A stretch of 64,000 nucleotides of DNA from a virus (IMGVR_UViG_3300014206_000007:155919-219918); one strand, 5' to 3'. Shown: positions 29,574-39,894, counted from the first letter of the stretch. Numbers and translations are program-made. Notes: generated by a model not told the origin, from the sequence alone.

Positions 29574-30010
29574 GAAAATATGAAAGTTTATCTTTGCAGA
29601 TTACAAAAATAATGGAAGCATTACAAACTGATAATATGATCGCAAATGATCATAATAAGGATTTATATAAAGTTGAAGAAATAGTCTTATTATCCAATGG
29701 ATACATTGGTGCATTATTAGCAGATTATGCAATGTATTGCATCAATAAAATTTATATTGGTAGAGATGGTAAGCCACGTATTTCTCAATCTTCAGTTGGT
29801 CCTGTTATTGAATCTAAGTTAGATTTACTTTCTGGTAAATTTAATTGGTCACAACATAAAGAGTATTGTCCTATATTAAAAAAATGGCATATTAACGGAA
29901 CAGTAGAAACGTATGCTCCAAATGACATGGTAGAAGAGGCAATGGTCTATATTGAAAATGAATTAAAAGAAGCATTAAGTGATTATGACGGAGAATTCGT
30001 TATAATCTAG
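29570..30010 (+). CDS. Hypothetical protein
   Basis: GGAGG RBS, 146 aa. Confidence 0.7.
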   Translation: MRKYESLSLQITKIMEALQTDNMIANDHNKDLYKVEEIVLLSNGYIGALLADYAMYCINKIYIGRDGKPRISQSSVGPVIESKLDLLSGKFNWSQHKEYCPILKKWHINGTVETYAPNDMVEEAMVYIENELKEALSDYDGEFVII

Positions 30011-30043
30011 AAGCAGAATAATATCTGCTTCTTTTTTTTCTAG

Positions 30044-30053
30044 TATATATTAT
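30044..30053 (+). promoter_or_regulatory. Early-type promoter TATATATTAT
   Basis: Exact motif just after terminator 30009-30039. Confidence 0.6.
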
Positions 30054-30085
30054 TTTAATATAATAAATTGAAAGGAAATGATAAT

Positions 30086-30631
30086 ATGAAAATAAAAAAT
30101 GATGAATATGGGATTACCTATATTGCAAAATATAATGAAAATATAATAGCAATTTCGACAGATAAAGATATAATAAAAGAATATATGAAAAATATTAGAA
30201 AATTAAATAAAAATGAATACGATATAGAAGAATTTGAGGCTGATACTTCATATTATTATATTCAATATGAAGATTATGTATTAACTGAATTTTATTCATT
30301 CTTTATTCCATTAATAGATATCAGAATAATCGAAATGGAATATTCTAGTATCGATAAAGATTTGACTAGTTTATTAAATAGATTAAAGTATTTCTCATTC
30401 TTATTTAATAGAATAGAGGATGATACTACACTTAATCATTCGATAGAACTAATAAAAGATATTGAAAATATTTCAAATAAAAATAAAAAGATGGAAAAGT
30501 TGAGCAAGGCTCATTATTTAAACCATCCAATTTTATCATGTAATATAAATCAATATTTCAATTTTATTAAGAGATATAAAGAATATCAAGATTTAGAAAA
30601 AAGATATAAAGAACGATGTTCGCTTGATTAG
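30086..30631 (+). CDS. Hypothetical protein
   Basis: AAAGGA RBS, ~181 aa. Confidence 0.7.
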   Translation: MKIKNDEYGITYIAKYNENIIAISTDKDIIKEYMKNIRKLNKNEYDIEEFEADTSYYYIQYEDYVLTEFYSFFIPLIDIRIIEMEYSSIDKDLTSLLNRLKYFSFLFNRIEDDTTLNHSIELIKDIENISNKNKKMEKLSKAHYLNHPILSCNINQYFNFIKRYKEYQDLEKRYKERCSLD

Positions 30632-30663
30632 TATATAGTCAAGTTTATCATCGTTCTTTTTTA

Positions 30664-31146
30664 TTATTCTTTTCGTCTAAACCTTGATGCTAGTGTTAAA
30701 ATTCCTTCTGTAAAAACTCGAATATTTTTAGGTGCTTTCCAGTAATTGTCAGATTTTTCATCAACTGACAATTCAAGCATTGCATTTAAATATTCAACAA
30801 ATCTATCATATGGCATTCTCGTCATTAATTCTCCAGCTTCCTCGAAGAATAAATCTAATTGATTTTCTCTTTTACAATATCTGTATCCAGGTAAAGTTCT
30901 ATCTGAATATAAGTATGGAGTTTCCATGATAATAATATCATTTCCATTTATTTTTGTAGTAAAGATTAGTACATAATCAATTGGAAGAGTGGAATCGTGA
31001 TTTAGATTTGCGTATGTCAATGTAAAGTTTGGAAAGCGTTTTTCATATTCGCTTAATAAATCTTTAAATAGTTTTTTCCTAGGTCCAGGTAGAATATATA
31101 ACTTCTCCTCTTTAGGAATATTTAATTTTTTATATTTACTAATCAT
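30664..31146 (-). CDS. Hypothetical protein
   Basis: AAAGGAG RBS, 160 aa. Confidence 0.7.
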   Translation of the reverse strand: MISKYKKLNIPKEEKLYILPGPRKKLFKDLLSEYEKRFPNFTLTYANLNHDSTLPIDYVLIFTTKINGNDIIIMETPYLYSDRTLPGYRYCKRENQLDLFFEEAGELMTRMPYDRFVEYLNAMLELSVDEKSDNYWKAPKNIRVFTEGILTLASRFRRKE

Positions 31147-31234
31147 ATTTATACACTCCTTTAAATAAATTTTATTATTATATTATTGATATAATAATTA
31201 TAAAATATAAAAATGAAATGAGGTTGAAATCAAA

Positions 31235-32278
31235 ATGAAAAAGATAATCATATTAAATAAAAATAAAAGTGTTGAAATCGTTAAAGAAAAGAATTTTAAA
31301 TATGAAAAAAAGATGGAATTTATTCTGATTCCATTAAATAGTTATGAGTTAGATGATGTATTTGTATGTGTAAAGGCAAATAAGTATATGAATTTTGATA
31401 ATGCAAAGTTAGAAATAACTTTAGCTAATGCCGTAAATGATATTGATTATGACGATTTTAATAGTATTACACCATTCAATAACTTAAATATTACGACATC
31501 ATCAATAATAGAATTGTATAATTATATTCAATCAATAAATCGTTTAGAGTATCTTAATGACCTACTAAATGCCAATTTAGAATGTACTACTCAGCGAGTA
31601 ATTGATATTTTAACTTTCAAGATTGTATTATATAAGAATAATGAATGTATATTTGAGTATACATTTAAGAGAATTAATGATGCAGATGACGTTGAATCAT
31701 TAGAATATGATTTAGGAGTATTGGATTATGGATTTCATGATATATTTAAGGGAATAAAAGATATATATGGTGTGATATCTGATGATGTATTTATTAATAA
31801 AAATAATAATAAATGGTCATTTAAAGATGATAATTATACTGAATCATTATGTGGCATTATATTGCCTCATACACATACTTTATATTTTGTGAGTCCACGT
31901 GAGTATTATGAAATAGGAAAAGTGCTTGAGCAGACGATTGTTATAGAACTCAATATGGTTGTTATGGAAGATCAAATAAATATTAAAAATTTTCAATCTG
32001 TAGATGATGTTGCAGATTTTTTATCATCTGGTAACTGTGAATATTATGATTCGTTTTCACTTTATATAAATCGAGTAATCATGTTAGAATATATGATATA
32101 TGCAAAATTTTTATATTCATCAATAATTTTATCGTATCAAACAGATATCGGTTTAGAAGGATTTAATATAATAACTACAATCATAAATGGTAATCAGAAA
32201 TTTAGTGTAATATTTGATAAAGATACTATTCCACATCATAGTCAATATGAATATATTTTAGAAAGGATGAGAAAATAA
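31235..32278 (+). CDS. Hypothetical protein (paralog-like of next gene)
   Basis: N-term IIILNKNKSVEIVK resembles next ORF's IILNKDGTYEIIK. Confidence 0.75.
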   Translation: MKKIIILNKNKSVEIVKEKNFKYEKKMEFILIPLNSYELDDVFVCVKANKYMNFDNAKLEITLANAVNDIDYDDFNSITPFNNLNITTSSIIELYNYIQSINRLEYLNDLLNANLECTTQRVIDILTFKIVLYKNNECIFEYTFKRINDADDVESLEYDLGVLDYGFHDIFKGIKDIYGVISDDVFINKNNNKWSFKDDNYTESLCGIILPHTHTLYFVSPREYYEIGKVLEQTIVIELNMVVMEDQINIKNFQSVDDVADFLSSGNCEYYDSFSLYINRVIMLEYMIYAKFLYSSIILSYQTDIGLEGFNIITTIINGNQKFSVIFDKDTIPHHSQYEYILERMRK

Positions 32279-32279
32279 G

Positions 32280-33212
32280 ATGAATATCATTCTTAACAAA
32301 GATGGAACATATGAAATTATTAAAAATGAGGCGAAAATAGAGAGAAGTATTAAAAATGCTAAATATATAATAATCGATATTTCCACCGCATTAAAAGGCC
32401 CAGTGTGTACACTGATTAAGCCAAAATATTTATCTAGTGAAAAAGTTGATTGCCAAATTGATTTATTGCTAATTTATGCGGCAACTGATTGCCCAGCATC
32501 CGACACTTCAACTTTTCACTATAGTTTACCATTAGATAGTATAAATCATCGATACAATATATATCCATTAATGAAACAGATGATAGATTTTAATTACTAT
32601 AAATGTGAATTTGACATTGTAGATACAGAAATAACAATCGATAATATTTCAGTATTATTTGATGGAAAAGTTGCTATAGAAATAAATGAAGATATAATGG
32701 ATGAATACATCGATAAAACCTTTAAGCAATTGAAATTAATAACTAGTGTATTGGAACTTGAAGATGAAAATCATATTATTTTAAAAAATAATAAATGGTA
32801 TGCTTCATCAGAGATACCCACGCATTTCGATTATATTCTATATAATATAAAAGGAAATGAAAGTTTATATTTATTGACTGAGAAGCAGTTTAATAGATTT
32901 TGTCTAATCGACTCAGTATCAATAAAAATGTACAGATGTTATGATGATATCACATATCATAAATCAACGACTGATGTTTTTGAGGATGAAGATAATTATA
33001 TTACTACAACTGGAATTAGTAATATATTAACTTCATGCCTATACTTCCCTCAATATATCGAATTAGAGAAGAATATATATAACAGTAAGATGGCATTGAC
33101 AATATCAATAGAAACACCTATAAAAATATATAATTTAAAGATAACTGAAAAAGAATTTAATAATAACCCAATCGAATTATTTAATATCATAAATAAACTT
33201 TTACAGTTATAA
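32280..33212 (+). CDS. Hypothetical protein
   Basis: 310 aa, coupled to the previous gene. Confidence 0.75.
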   Translation: MNIILNKDGTYEIIKNEAKIERSIKNAKYIIIDISTALKGPVCTLIKPKYLSSEKVDCQIDLLLIYAATDCPASDTSTFHYSLPLDSINHRYNIYPLMKQMIDFNYYKCEFDIVDTEITIDNISVLFDGKVAIEINEDIMDEYIDKTFKQLKLITSVLELEDENHIILKNNKWYASSEIPTHFDYILYNIKGNESLYLLTEKQFNRFCLIDSVSIKMYRCYDDITYHKSTTDVFEDEDNYITTTGISNILTSCLYFPQYIELEKNIYNSKMALTISIETPIKIYNLKITEKEFNNNPIELFNIINKLLQL

Positions 33213-33258
33213 ACTAACTTAATAAAAATTTCTAATAAATATTGAGAGGACTAATATA

Positions 33259-33414
33259 ATGAAAACAAAAATTGAATTGATGGAAGAATCAATTGTTAAC
33301 CAAATTAGTGAACTGGATAATGAATTAGCAAATCCAGAAAATTTTAAAATAAATAAATCGCAAGAGAATGCTACATTTGTAGAACTTTTAGAAGGGGATG
33401 ATAAAAATGAGTAA
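33259..33414 (+). CDS. Small hypothetical protein (51 aa)
   Basis: GAGAGGA RBS; MKTKIELMEES..; overlaps next start. Confidence 0.55.
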   Translation: MKTKIELMEESIVNQISELDNELANPENFKINKSQENATFVELLEGDDKNE

Positions 33415-33865
33415 AATATCATGGAATTTGCAAGAAATTAACAAGGAAAACCCAATGGTGGTTTTAATGTTTAAAAAGAATGATGATTTAAATAATATCA
33501 TTCTTGAAACTACTAGTAGTTTCATAAAAAATAGCGTACTCATACTGATTATTGGAATCATAGTTCCAATAATCTTATGGGGATGGGCATTAAATAGAGC
33601 ATTTATAGTTGTATTTTTAGCTGATATGATTATAAACTCGGTATTATTATGGGTAGGTGTAAAAAATTCATATGCAGATGCAATATATCGAATGATTTAC
33701 ACTGAAGAATTTAAAACTGTATATGTCAATGAAGAGCAAATCAATGACATAATTGAAAAGATAAACATTCTTAAAGGAAGAATACAGCTTTTAAAAGATA
33801 AAATGTTATTTGACAATATAGTAGTTTTAATTTTACTATTAACGGCTATATTAAAACTAATTTAA
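33407..33865 (+). CDS. Membrane protein, 3 TM
   Basis: Three hydrophobic segments; AAGGGG RBS. Confidence 0.7.
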   Translation: MSKISWNLQEINKENPMVVLMFKKNDDLNNIILETTSSFIKNSVLILIIGIIVPIILWGWALNRAFIVVFLADMIINSVLLWVGVKNSYADAIYRMIYTEEFKTVYVNEEQINDIIEKINILKGRIQLLKDKMLFDNIVVLILLLTAILKLI

Positions 33866-33874
33866 GAGGAGAAA

Positions 33875-34165
33875 GTGAAAATGCTTATTAAAATATTTAA
33901 AAAAATATTTAGAAAAAATAATTCATCAATTTTTGATGAAGATGATGAATTAGAAAGGCCTGCGATTAGAAAAAAATTAGAAGAAATGAAATTAACCGAA
34001 ACTGATCGATTTAGAAAAGCAGCAATTACTGTATTATTAGGACCTGCTGATGGCAACATTATATTACAAATGCCAGAAGTAATTGATGTAATAGAAAATG
34101 ATGACCCTGGATTTGAAAAATTAGCTGATACTATATTCATAATAAGAAGAGAGTTGGGAATTTAA
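33875..34165 (+). CDS. Hypothetical protein
   Basis: GAGGAG RBS. Confidence 0.65.
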   Translation: MKMLIKIFKKIFRKNNSSIFDEDDELERPAIRKKLEEMKLTETDRFRKAAITVLLGPADGNIILQMPEVIDVIENDDPGFEKLADTIFIIRRELGI

Positions 34166-34185
34166 TTAAAAAGGAGAGAATAAAA

Positions 34186-34683
34186 ATGTTTAATGAATTT
34201 ACTAGTAGAAATGCAACTTTACTAAAATTGATTGAAAATGATTATTACAAGAATTCATTTTCAAGTTATTATGTCCCAGATATTGAAATAATGGAAGATG
34301 GAAGAATTTTCATTAAATCAAGTAAGCCTATAGTGGAAAATAATGTTTCTTCGATAGTTAAATTTATACTTATAAATATTGATGGTAAAATAACTCCGGA
34401 TAGTTCATCGCAATTTATTGAACTATTAAATGGGGGCTATTTAGTTCGACTGGTTGTAAATAGACCAATCATTAAAGAGAATATTCAATTATCATATGTA
34501 GTTGATATTAATAATATACCTCTATCAAAAATAGGTAGTACGGTTAATGATCAGATTATATATCAATATGGTTTTGACTCTATACCGTTATATTATGGCT
34601 CAGAGCAAATTGCCGCTGAAACTGTAAAATTATTATCAAATAATGAAGAGGTATTTAAGAAATTTATTATGCCGATTTTATAA
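34186..34683 (+). CDS. Hypothetical protein
   Basis: AAGGAG RBS. Confidence 0.7.
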   Translation: MFNEFTSRNATLLKLIENDYYKNSFSSYYVPDIEIMEDGRIFIKSSKPIVENNVSSIVKFILINIDGKITPDSSSQFIELLNGGYLVRLVVNRPIIKENIQLSYVVDINNIPLSKIGSTVNDQIIYQYGFDSIPLYYGSEQIAAETVKLLSNNEEVFKKFIMPIL

Positions 34684-34695
34684 GGAGATTTCGCT

Positions 34696-35466
34696 ATGTT
34701 TTATTTAAATAAAGATCGCCCATTTATAATTAATTCAGAAATAATAGAATGGGATATTAAGTCAGCAAATTTATCAATTATAAAAGAGTATAATTTGCTT
34801 TCTGAAGGTAAGATTGAAAAAATTGAAAAAATGGATAAGCAGGATAGAGTAATCTTCGTAGGGAAAGAAATGGCTAAAGATCCTGCTTTTTCAAAAATAC
34901 TTGAAGAATCATTCAATTCTATAATAGATAAATTTATAGAATTGAATGATTTAGATAAGAATTATGATGTATTAACAATAAAGAGAGATGCAGTATTTAT
35001 TATTAATAAAAAGCCATTAGTAACTAAAATTGGTAATAATATAAATTTTATTCCAAAAAATACTTATACTTCATTTATTTATATTAAGCCATATGAGTTT
35101 TATTTTACTAATAATGGCAATATTGAAATAAAAGGTTTATCAAAAAACTTTGAAACTGAAATTAAACCTTTACATGAAAATGGTATACTTGAATTCTTAA
35201 ATGACGTAGTTGCAATTGCTGTAAATAGCAATATGAATTTTAAGAAGATGAATACTTATTTGAGCGAATTTGTAACAGCATATAAAAACCGAGAATTACC
35301 ATTTGATTACTATCGTGAATTTAATGCAAGTAGTAAATTTAAGTATGTAATGTATGAAAATGAAATGCTAATGGACAATATTGATGATTCAATATTGGAT
35401 AGTATTGATATTCAGTATAATTATATAAATATAATATTACCATTAATACAGCTTATCAATATATAA
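34696..35466 (+). CDS. Family-B DNA polymerase-like palm fragment
   Basis: IIEWDIKSANLSII (motif A-like), TIKRDAVF (motif C-like), IEIKGL; only 256 aa. Confidence 0.6.
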   Translation: MFYLNKDRPFIINSEIIEWDIKSANLSIIKEYNLLSEGKIEKIEKMDKQDRVIFVGKEMAKDPAFSKILEESFNSIIDKFIELNDLDKNYDVLTIKRDAVFIINKKPLVTKIGNNINFIPKNTYTSFIYIKPYEFYFTNNGNIEIKGLSKNFETEIKPLHENGILEFLNDVVAIAVNSNMNFKKMNTYLSEFVTAYKNRELPFDYYREFNASSKFKYVMYENEMLMDNIDDSILDSIDIQYNYINIILPLIQLINI

Positions 35467-35487
35467 ATATTTAAAGGTGGGACAGAT

Positions 35488-35883
35488 ATGAATGAACCAG
35501 TATTAAGTAAAGCACATCCACATGGATATGACCATCGATTTGTGACTATTGACGCAATTTTAGAATTAAAAAAAGCTGCTCAATTAGCAGCAAATAAAAT
35601 CGGTTATCCAGTTTATTTAGTAGGATCAGTATTATATAAAGAAATTCCAAGAGATATTGATATATCTATAATAATGCCATTATCAGATTATGAACAAAAG
35701 TTTGGACCACTTCCTACTGATCAAGTAAGATATGGTGGCTATTTATTAAAAGTAATTAATATGACATTTGAAGATGTAAAGGATTTATACTTTTGCATCG
35801 ATTATCATTTAGATGTAAAAATATGTCCAGATACATGGTGGCCCGAAAAACCAAAATATTTATTTGCATCACCACAAAAATAA
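35488..35883 (+). CDS. Minimal nucleotidyltransferase (Pol beta superfamily)
   Basis: VYLVGSVL..RDIDISII..LDVKI = hGS..DxD..D. Confidence 0.7.
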   Translation: MNEPVLSKAHPHGYDHRFVTIDAILELKKAAQLAANKIGYPVYLVGSVLYKEIPRDIDISIIMPLSDYEQKFGPLPTDQVRYGGYLLKVINMTFEDVKDLYFCIDYHLDVKICPDTWWPEKPKYLFASPQK

Positions 35884-35905
35884 AAAAAAATAGAGAAATG
35901 GGGAT

Positions 35906-36394
35906 ATGAAATTGATTAATTTAGCAGGAGTACAAACTTGCGATGATATCATTAAAAAAGAATTAGAACTAGCTGAAATTGAACTTGTATCTGTTGGTAA
36001 AAGAGAACGAAGTGAAGTACCATCTGAATATATTGGTAAATGTAATAATTTCATACTTAGTAGAGCGTGGTATTATTGGGTTGTGACAGGTTATATGCCT
36101 TTAAAATATGCTAAAGAAATATATGCTAATTTTAAAGACTTAAATATTAGAGCAGCCGGACATTGTTGTAATCCACCACCAGAAGAATGGTGTGAATGTA
36201 AAGATTATTTTAAAAAATGTAAAACAGATTTTGAAAAATTTTACAATAATGAAATTTCATATGAAGAATGTGATAAAAGATTGAAAGAAATTAGGGCTCA
36301 AGGGGATCAATTTGTGACTTGTTATCATATAGATACACAAGAAGGGTTGAATAAATTTGCTGAAATAGTAAAGAAAAATAATATCATAGGTTAA
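35906..36394 (+). CDS. Hypothetical protein
   Basis: 162 aa; RAWYYWVV, YHIDTQEGL. Confidence 0.7.
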   Translation: MKLINLAGVQTCDDIIKKELELAEIELVSVGKRERSEVPSEYIGKCNNFILSRAWYYWVVTGYMPLKYAKEIYANFKDLNIRAAGHCCNPPPEEWCECKDYFKKCKTDFEKFYNNEISYEECDKRLKEIRAQGDQFVTCYHIDTQEGLNKFAEIVKKNNIIG

Positions 36395-36425
36395 AAAAGA
36401 AATATAGAATAGAGATTATTAATCT

Positions 36426-36818
36426 CTATTCTATATTATTTAAATCGTTTATTTTTTCGGTTAAGTAATCCTTAACTTGCCTACATATTATAGTTACAAT
36501 TGCTTCTTCAGTTAAAAATAACCCTGCCTTAAAGTAAAATTCCTTTGATAAAGACTTCGTAATATTAGTTACAATATCTTTATAATAATTTTCGAAGTTT
36601 GCATTTGTCATAGCTCCACGCTTAACAAATATATTTTTTTCGTACATTTCTATTTCTGTATTTATTACAGTTTTCAATATAAGTAAGATATTCTCGATAC
36701 TCATATCACTCGTCTTTAGCTTGTAAGGAGCATAGATAAATTGATAAAATGCATAAAAAAATGCATATGCAAGTATAAACACAAAGAACGTAAAAATGAA
36801 TATAATAAAAGTATTCAT
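36426..36818 (-). CDS. Membrane-anchored hypothetical protein
   Basis: N-terminal TM helix; AGGAGG RBS. Confidence 0.7.
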   Translation of the reverse strand: MNTFIIFIFTFFVFILAYAFFYAFYQFIYAPYKLKTSDMSIENILLILKTVINTEIEMYEKNIFVKRGAMTNANFENYYKDIVTNITKSLSKEFYFKAGLFLTEEAIVTIICRQVKDYLTEKINDLNNIE

Positions 36819-36821
36819 TAT

Positions 36822-36977
36822 TTATGCCTCCTGAACTAATAACATTGGTGCTGGTGTATTTCTTCCACCATATTTTTCGTATGCTTTATTAGTAGCATCT
36901 TTTACATCATTTGCATATAGGTACTCTGTTAATTTTTCTTCTTCCATATCATACCATGTTATTTTAAATTTTTTCAT
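36822..36977 (-). CDS. Small hypothetical protein (51 aa)
   Basis: AAGGAG RBS; MKKFKITWYDMEEEK.. Confidence 0.6.
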   Translation of the reverse strand: MKKFKITWYDMEEEKLTEYLYANDVKDATNKAYEKYGGRNTPAPMLLVQEA

Positions 36978-37036
36978 TATTATACATCTCCTTATTTTTT
37001 TATTAATGAATTTACTTAGTTGTATATGTATGAATT

Positions 37037-37200
37037 AAAAAATCTCAAAATGTGGGACACAAGTTGAACACCCGACATCCTGTCTTAGCGACAGGGTGGA
37101 TGTTCAACTTGTGTCCAAAGGTCTCAAACAAAAACAGATGACTATTGGCGAGCTGCCAAAGGGGACGTTAGTCAATTACATTTCTGTTTATCGTATTTAT
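37037..37200 (-). ncRNA. Putative structured small RNA (two long hairpins)
   Basis: GC-rich ORF-free island; 16-bp perfect stem 37055-37070/37101-37116 plus inner stem; second hairpin 37132-37189; TATATTAT at 37212-37219 on minus strand. Confidence 0.5.
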
Positions 37201-37239
37201 TTTTTTATTTAATAATATAATTAAAGTATTACTCTCATT

Positions 37240-37854
37240 TTATGCAGTTACTAGTTTATTTTTCTTTGCAGCTTTTTTAGCTTGTGCATTATCATAATAT
37301 CTTTTCTCTTCTTTATATGCATCAGCGAATTTATCAACGTTATGCAAGAATAAATTGAATCTATATTGTATATTACGTTTTACTGCACTCTTTGTATTCT
37401 TACTCATTTTATCAGTATATCTACTATATTGGAAATCTAGCATAAATGTAAGACTTCCATCACTACCAAACACTGGAATTACTTTTACGTCAGTAAGTTC
37501 ATCAGATGGCATCATTGAGAATATGGGTGTAAAGTAAGAAAGTATTTTTGATCCTCTTGATTCTGGCTCTGGCATTTTATCAACCACATCTTTCATTTTA
37601 GCGATTAATGCTCCACCTTCTTTTAATTTTGCAATTGCTGCGTCATACTCATGCTGACGTCTAAGTTTTTTTGCTTCTTTCATTAATTCTCTTGCTTTTT
37701 TAACATCATCAGCTTTAATTAATTTAGCCATATCCATATTAGCACCCTCTAATGCAGAATCGTCTAATAGTAAATCTTGGTTAAAATCACTAGCAAAGCA
37801 TATCATGTTATTTTCGCATGATTCTATTACTATTTCTAATTTTTCATCATACAT
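37240..37854 (-). CDS. Putative virion (internal head) protein
   Basis: Acidic propeptide ending SALE|GA then basic mature region, as in phiKZ-type processed head proteins. Confidence 0.55.
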   Translation of the reverse strand: MYDEKLEIVIESCENNMICFASDFNQDLLLDDSALEGANMDMAKLIKADDVKKARELMKEAKKLRRQHEYDAAIAKLKEGGALIAKMKDVVDKMPEPESRGSKILSYFTPIFSMMPSDELTDVKVIPVFGSDGSLTFMLDFQYSRYTDKMSKNTKSAVKRNIQYRFNLFLHNVDKFADAYKEEKRYYDNAQAKKAAKKNKLVTA

Positions 37855-37869
37855 AATTAAATCCTCCTA

Positions 37870-38505
37870 TTATAGTTTAATATATTTCTTAATTTCGACA
37901 GTATCTAATATTCCTCTATCGAAACTAGGATTCGTTTTACAAAGGTTCATATAAGTCCATATTTTATACTTATGCTCATCATCTAGACAATCGCTATATA
38001 ATTTTAAGAATTCGTTTAGATTTCCGATTCCTTGATTGAAATTATTGAAAATATCCCTATTATGAACTCCTTCATGTGCAGTTACTGTCATCATTACTAC
38101 TTGAACTCTTAATGCAAAGTGTTCTTCAATTACTTTATTAGCAACTCTAAATGTGGATATCTTGTATCCATGATTTAAAAACCAATTTAACATTACTGAT
38201 GTTATGTCATATAGTGTAAATATAGGTCCATGGTGCATTTCTATTGTCGCATCAGTATCATATATTTTAGAAAATACCTGACAAAAATTTATGCCTAGTA
38301 TATTTTTTACATATGATATGAATGCAGAATACTCTTTACTAGTTCTCACTATATTTTCTACATTTTTTACAAATTTACTATATAATATTGCATCAGAAAA
38401 ATATTCTTTATCCTTATAAAACATTATAGATGAATACGGATCATCAGTTGCCTCAATAAATTTTGATATATCACCTTTGTATTCAATATTCGGTAAACTT
38501 TTCAT
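37870..38505 (-). CDS. HNH-like protein (paralog of 46975-47670)
   Basis: C..IEMHHGPIFTLYDI..H..V.M...HEGVH. Confidence 0.55.
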   Translation of the reverse strand: MKSLPNIEYKGDISKFIEATDDPYSSIMFYKDKEYFSDAILYSKFVKNVENIVRTSKEYSAFISYVKNILGINFCQVFSKIYDTDATIEMHHGPIFTLYDITSVMLNWFLNHGYKISTFRVANKVIEEHFALRVQVVMMTVTAHEGVHNRDIFNNFNQGIGNLNEFLKLYSDCLDDEHKYKIWTYMNLCKTNPSFDRGILDTVEIKKYIKL

Positions 38506-38549
38506 TTTATCACATCCTCTTTTTAATATCATTTAATGAGAGTTTTAAT

Positions 38550-38561
38550 TATTAAGTTGTT
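38550..38561 (-). promoter_or_regulatory. Late-type promoter AACA-N6-TA
   Basis: AACA ACTTAA TA. Confidence 0.6.
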
Positions 38562-38583
38562 AATGATACGGAAATGTGAATAA

Positions 38584-38611
38584 AAAAAAGATGACGTTTC
38601 GTCATCTTTTT
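38584..38611 (-). terminator. Intrinsic terminator
   Basis: AAAAAGATGACG/CGTCATCTTTTT. Confidence 0.75.
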
Positions 38612-38629
38612 CCCTCTCAAACTATTTAT

Positions 38630-39031
38630 TTATAATCTATCATCTTCAACGGCTTCAAACTTTTTCATATTAATATGATTTATACATTCATAAATACAAT
38701 CGATGTTTTCTACAAAATCAGTAGCCAGTCTTTCACTTTGAATATTTTCATATCCATGAGTAATAATAGTATCATAACAATATTTTTCTTTATTATAGCT
38801 TAGTTTTAATATACATATCCATGCTGGATATAAATGAATTCCATCAGATACTATCTGATTAATTAAAATACCCTCAGAAGTTACTTCGATACTAATATTT
38901 TCATTATTAAAATCATAGCCACTATTGAGATTAAGTTCAATAAAATTAGTCTTAAGTTTCCCAAGTGCTGAGTTAATACATGTACCTATCATATGATATT
39001 CATGAAGTCGCTTATTGATATCATATTTCAT
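38630..39031 (-). CDS. Hypothetical protein, repeated ~120-aa domain family
   Basis: YHMIGTCINSALGKLK matches YNMIGTSIKTTLEQIQ of neighbour. Confidence 0.7.
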   Translation of the reverse strand: MKYDINKRLHEYHMIGTCINSALGKLKTNFIELNLNSGYDFNNENISIEVTSEGILINQIVSDGIHLYPAWICILKLSYNKEKYCYDTIITHGYENIQSERLATDFVENIDCIYECINHINMKKFEAVEDDRL

Positions 39032-39047
39032 AATATATTCCCCCCTA

Positions 39048-39770
39048 CTAATTATATTTATTTCTTTTTAATTGATCTTCTAGAATATCCATGTGATCAT
39101 TAACTACATTTATTAGATCAGAATAATCGAAATTATAATTATGATTCCTTAAATTAAACGAGAATTTTTGGAATTCTTTAATATAGAGTATATAACCCAG
39201 AGTTTTATGATTACCAACATGATTGATATATCTAAATCTAATTTCATTTGATCTATCAATTGACATAGTTAAATTATCAGATGATATAGTTTTATTATTA
39301 GACAAGAATTCAATCTTGATATTATCTAGGAGCATACTAATTATACTACCAATCGTCCAATATAAACCTATTCTCGATTTAATTTCGTCAACCGAAATAA
39401 AAGTAATCTTTTTATTCATAAACTGACGACGTAAATCTCGAATCATTGAATCTAGTAATTCTAATGCGCTATCAATTTTTATGTGTTGGTAGCATATTCC
39501 AGTTTTAGATACAAACCTCAAATTGTCATTATCGACATTTATTATTGATAATATAGAACGGCTCGATTCATCTTCACTATCAAATTCGTTTGATGCTTTC
39601 ACATATTCAATAATAATATCATTATTTATAATCCTAACAAATATTTCATTTTCAGAAAATGATGGATTATCAATGACAAAATCTTTTTGAATCTGCTCTA
39701 ATGTCGTTTTAATACTAGTACCAATCATGTTGTAGGTACTTAAATTTTCTTTGATTTGTTGAATCTCCAT
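39048..39770 (-). CDS. Hypothetical protein, two copies of ~120-aa domain
   Basis: Internal repeat YNMIGTSI..F..DN..FS / YWTIGSII..F..NN..IS. Confidence 0.7.
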   Translation of the reverse strand: MEIQQIKENLSTYNMIGTSIKTTLEQIQKDFVIDNPSFSENEIFVRIINNDIIIEYVKASNEFDSEDESSRSILSIINVDNDNLRFVSKTGICYQHIKIDSALELLDSMIRDLRRQFMNKKITFISVDEIKSRIGLYWTIGSIISMLLDNIKIEFLSNNKTISSDNLTMSIDRSNEIRFRYINHVGNHKTLGYILYIKEFQKFSFNLRNHNYNFDYSDLINVVNDHMDILEDQLKRNKYN

Positions 39771-39894
39771 TTGCAATACCCCCATATTTTTTTATAAAAA
39801 ATTTATATTTTATTAATCGTCTGTGAAGTTATATAAGTCATCTTATGCTAGATGTATCCTCATTTTACTCACATCTTTGTTAATATACTGTCAA

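Noticed and set aside
37132-37189. Resemblance to ZTP riboswitch (UGACU..GGCG..GGGGA)
   Set aside because: Consensus spacing and 3' pseudoknot hairpin absent; no downstream gene on that strand
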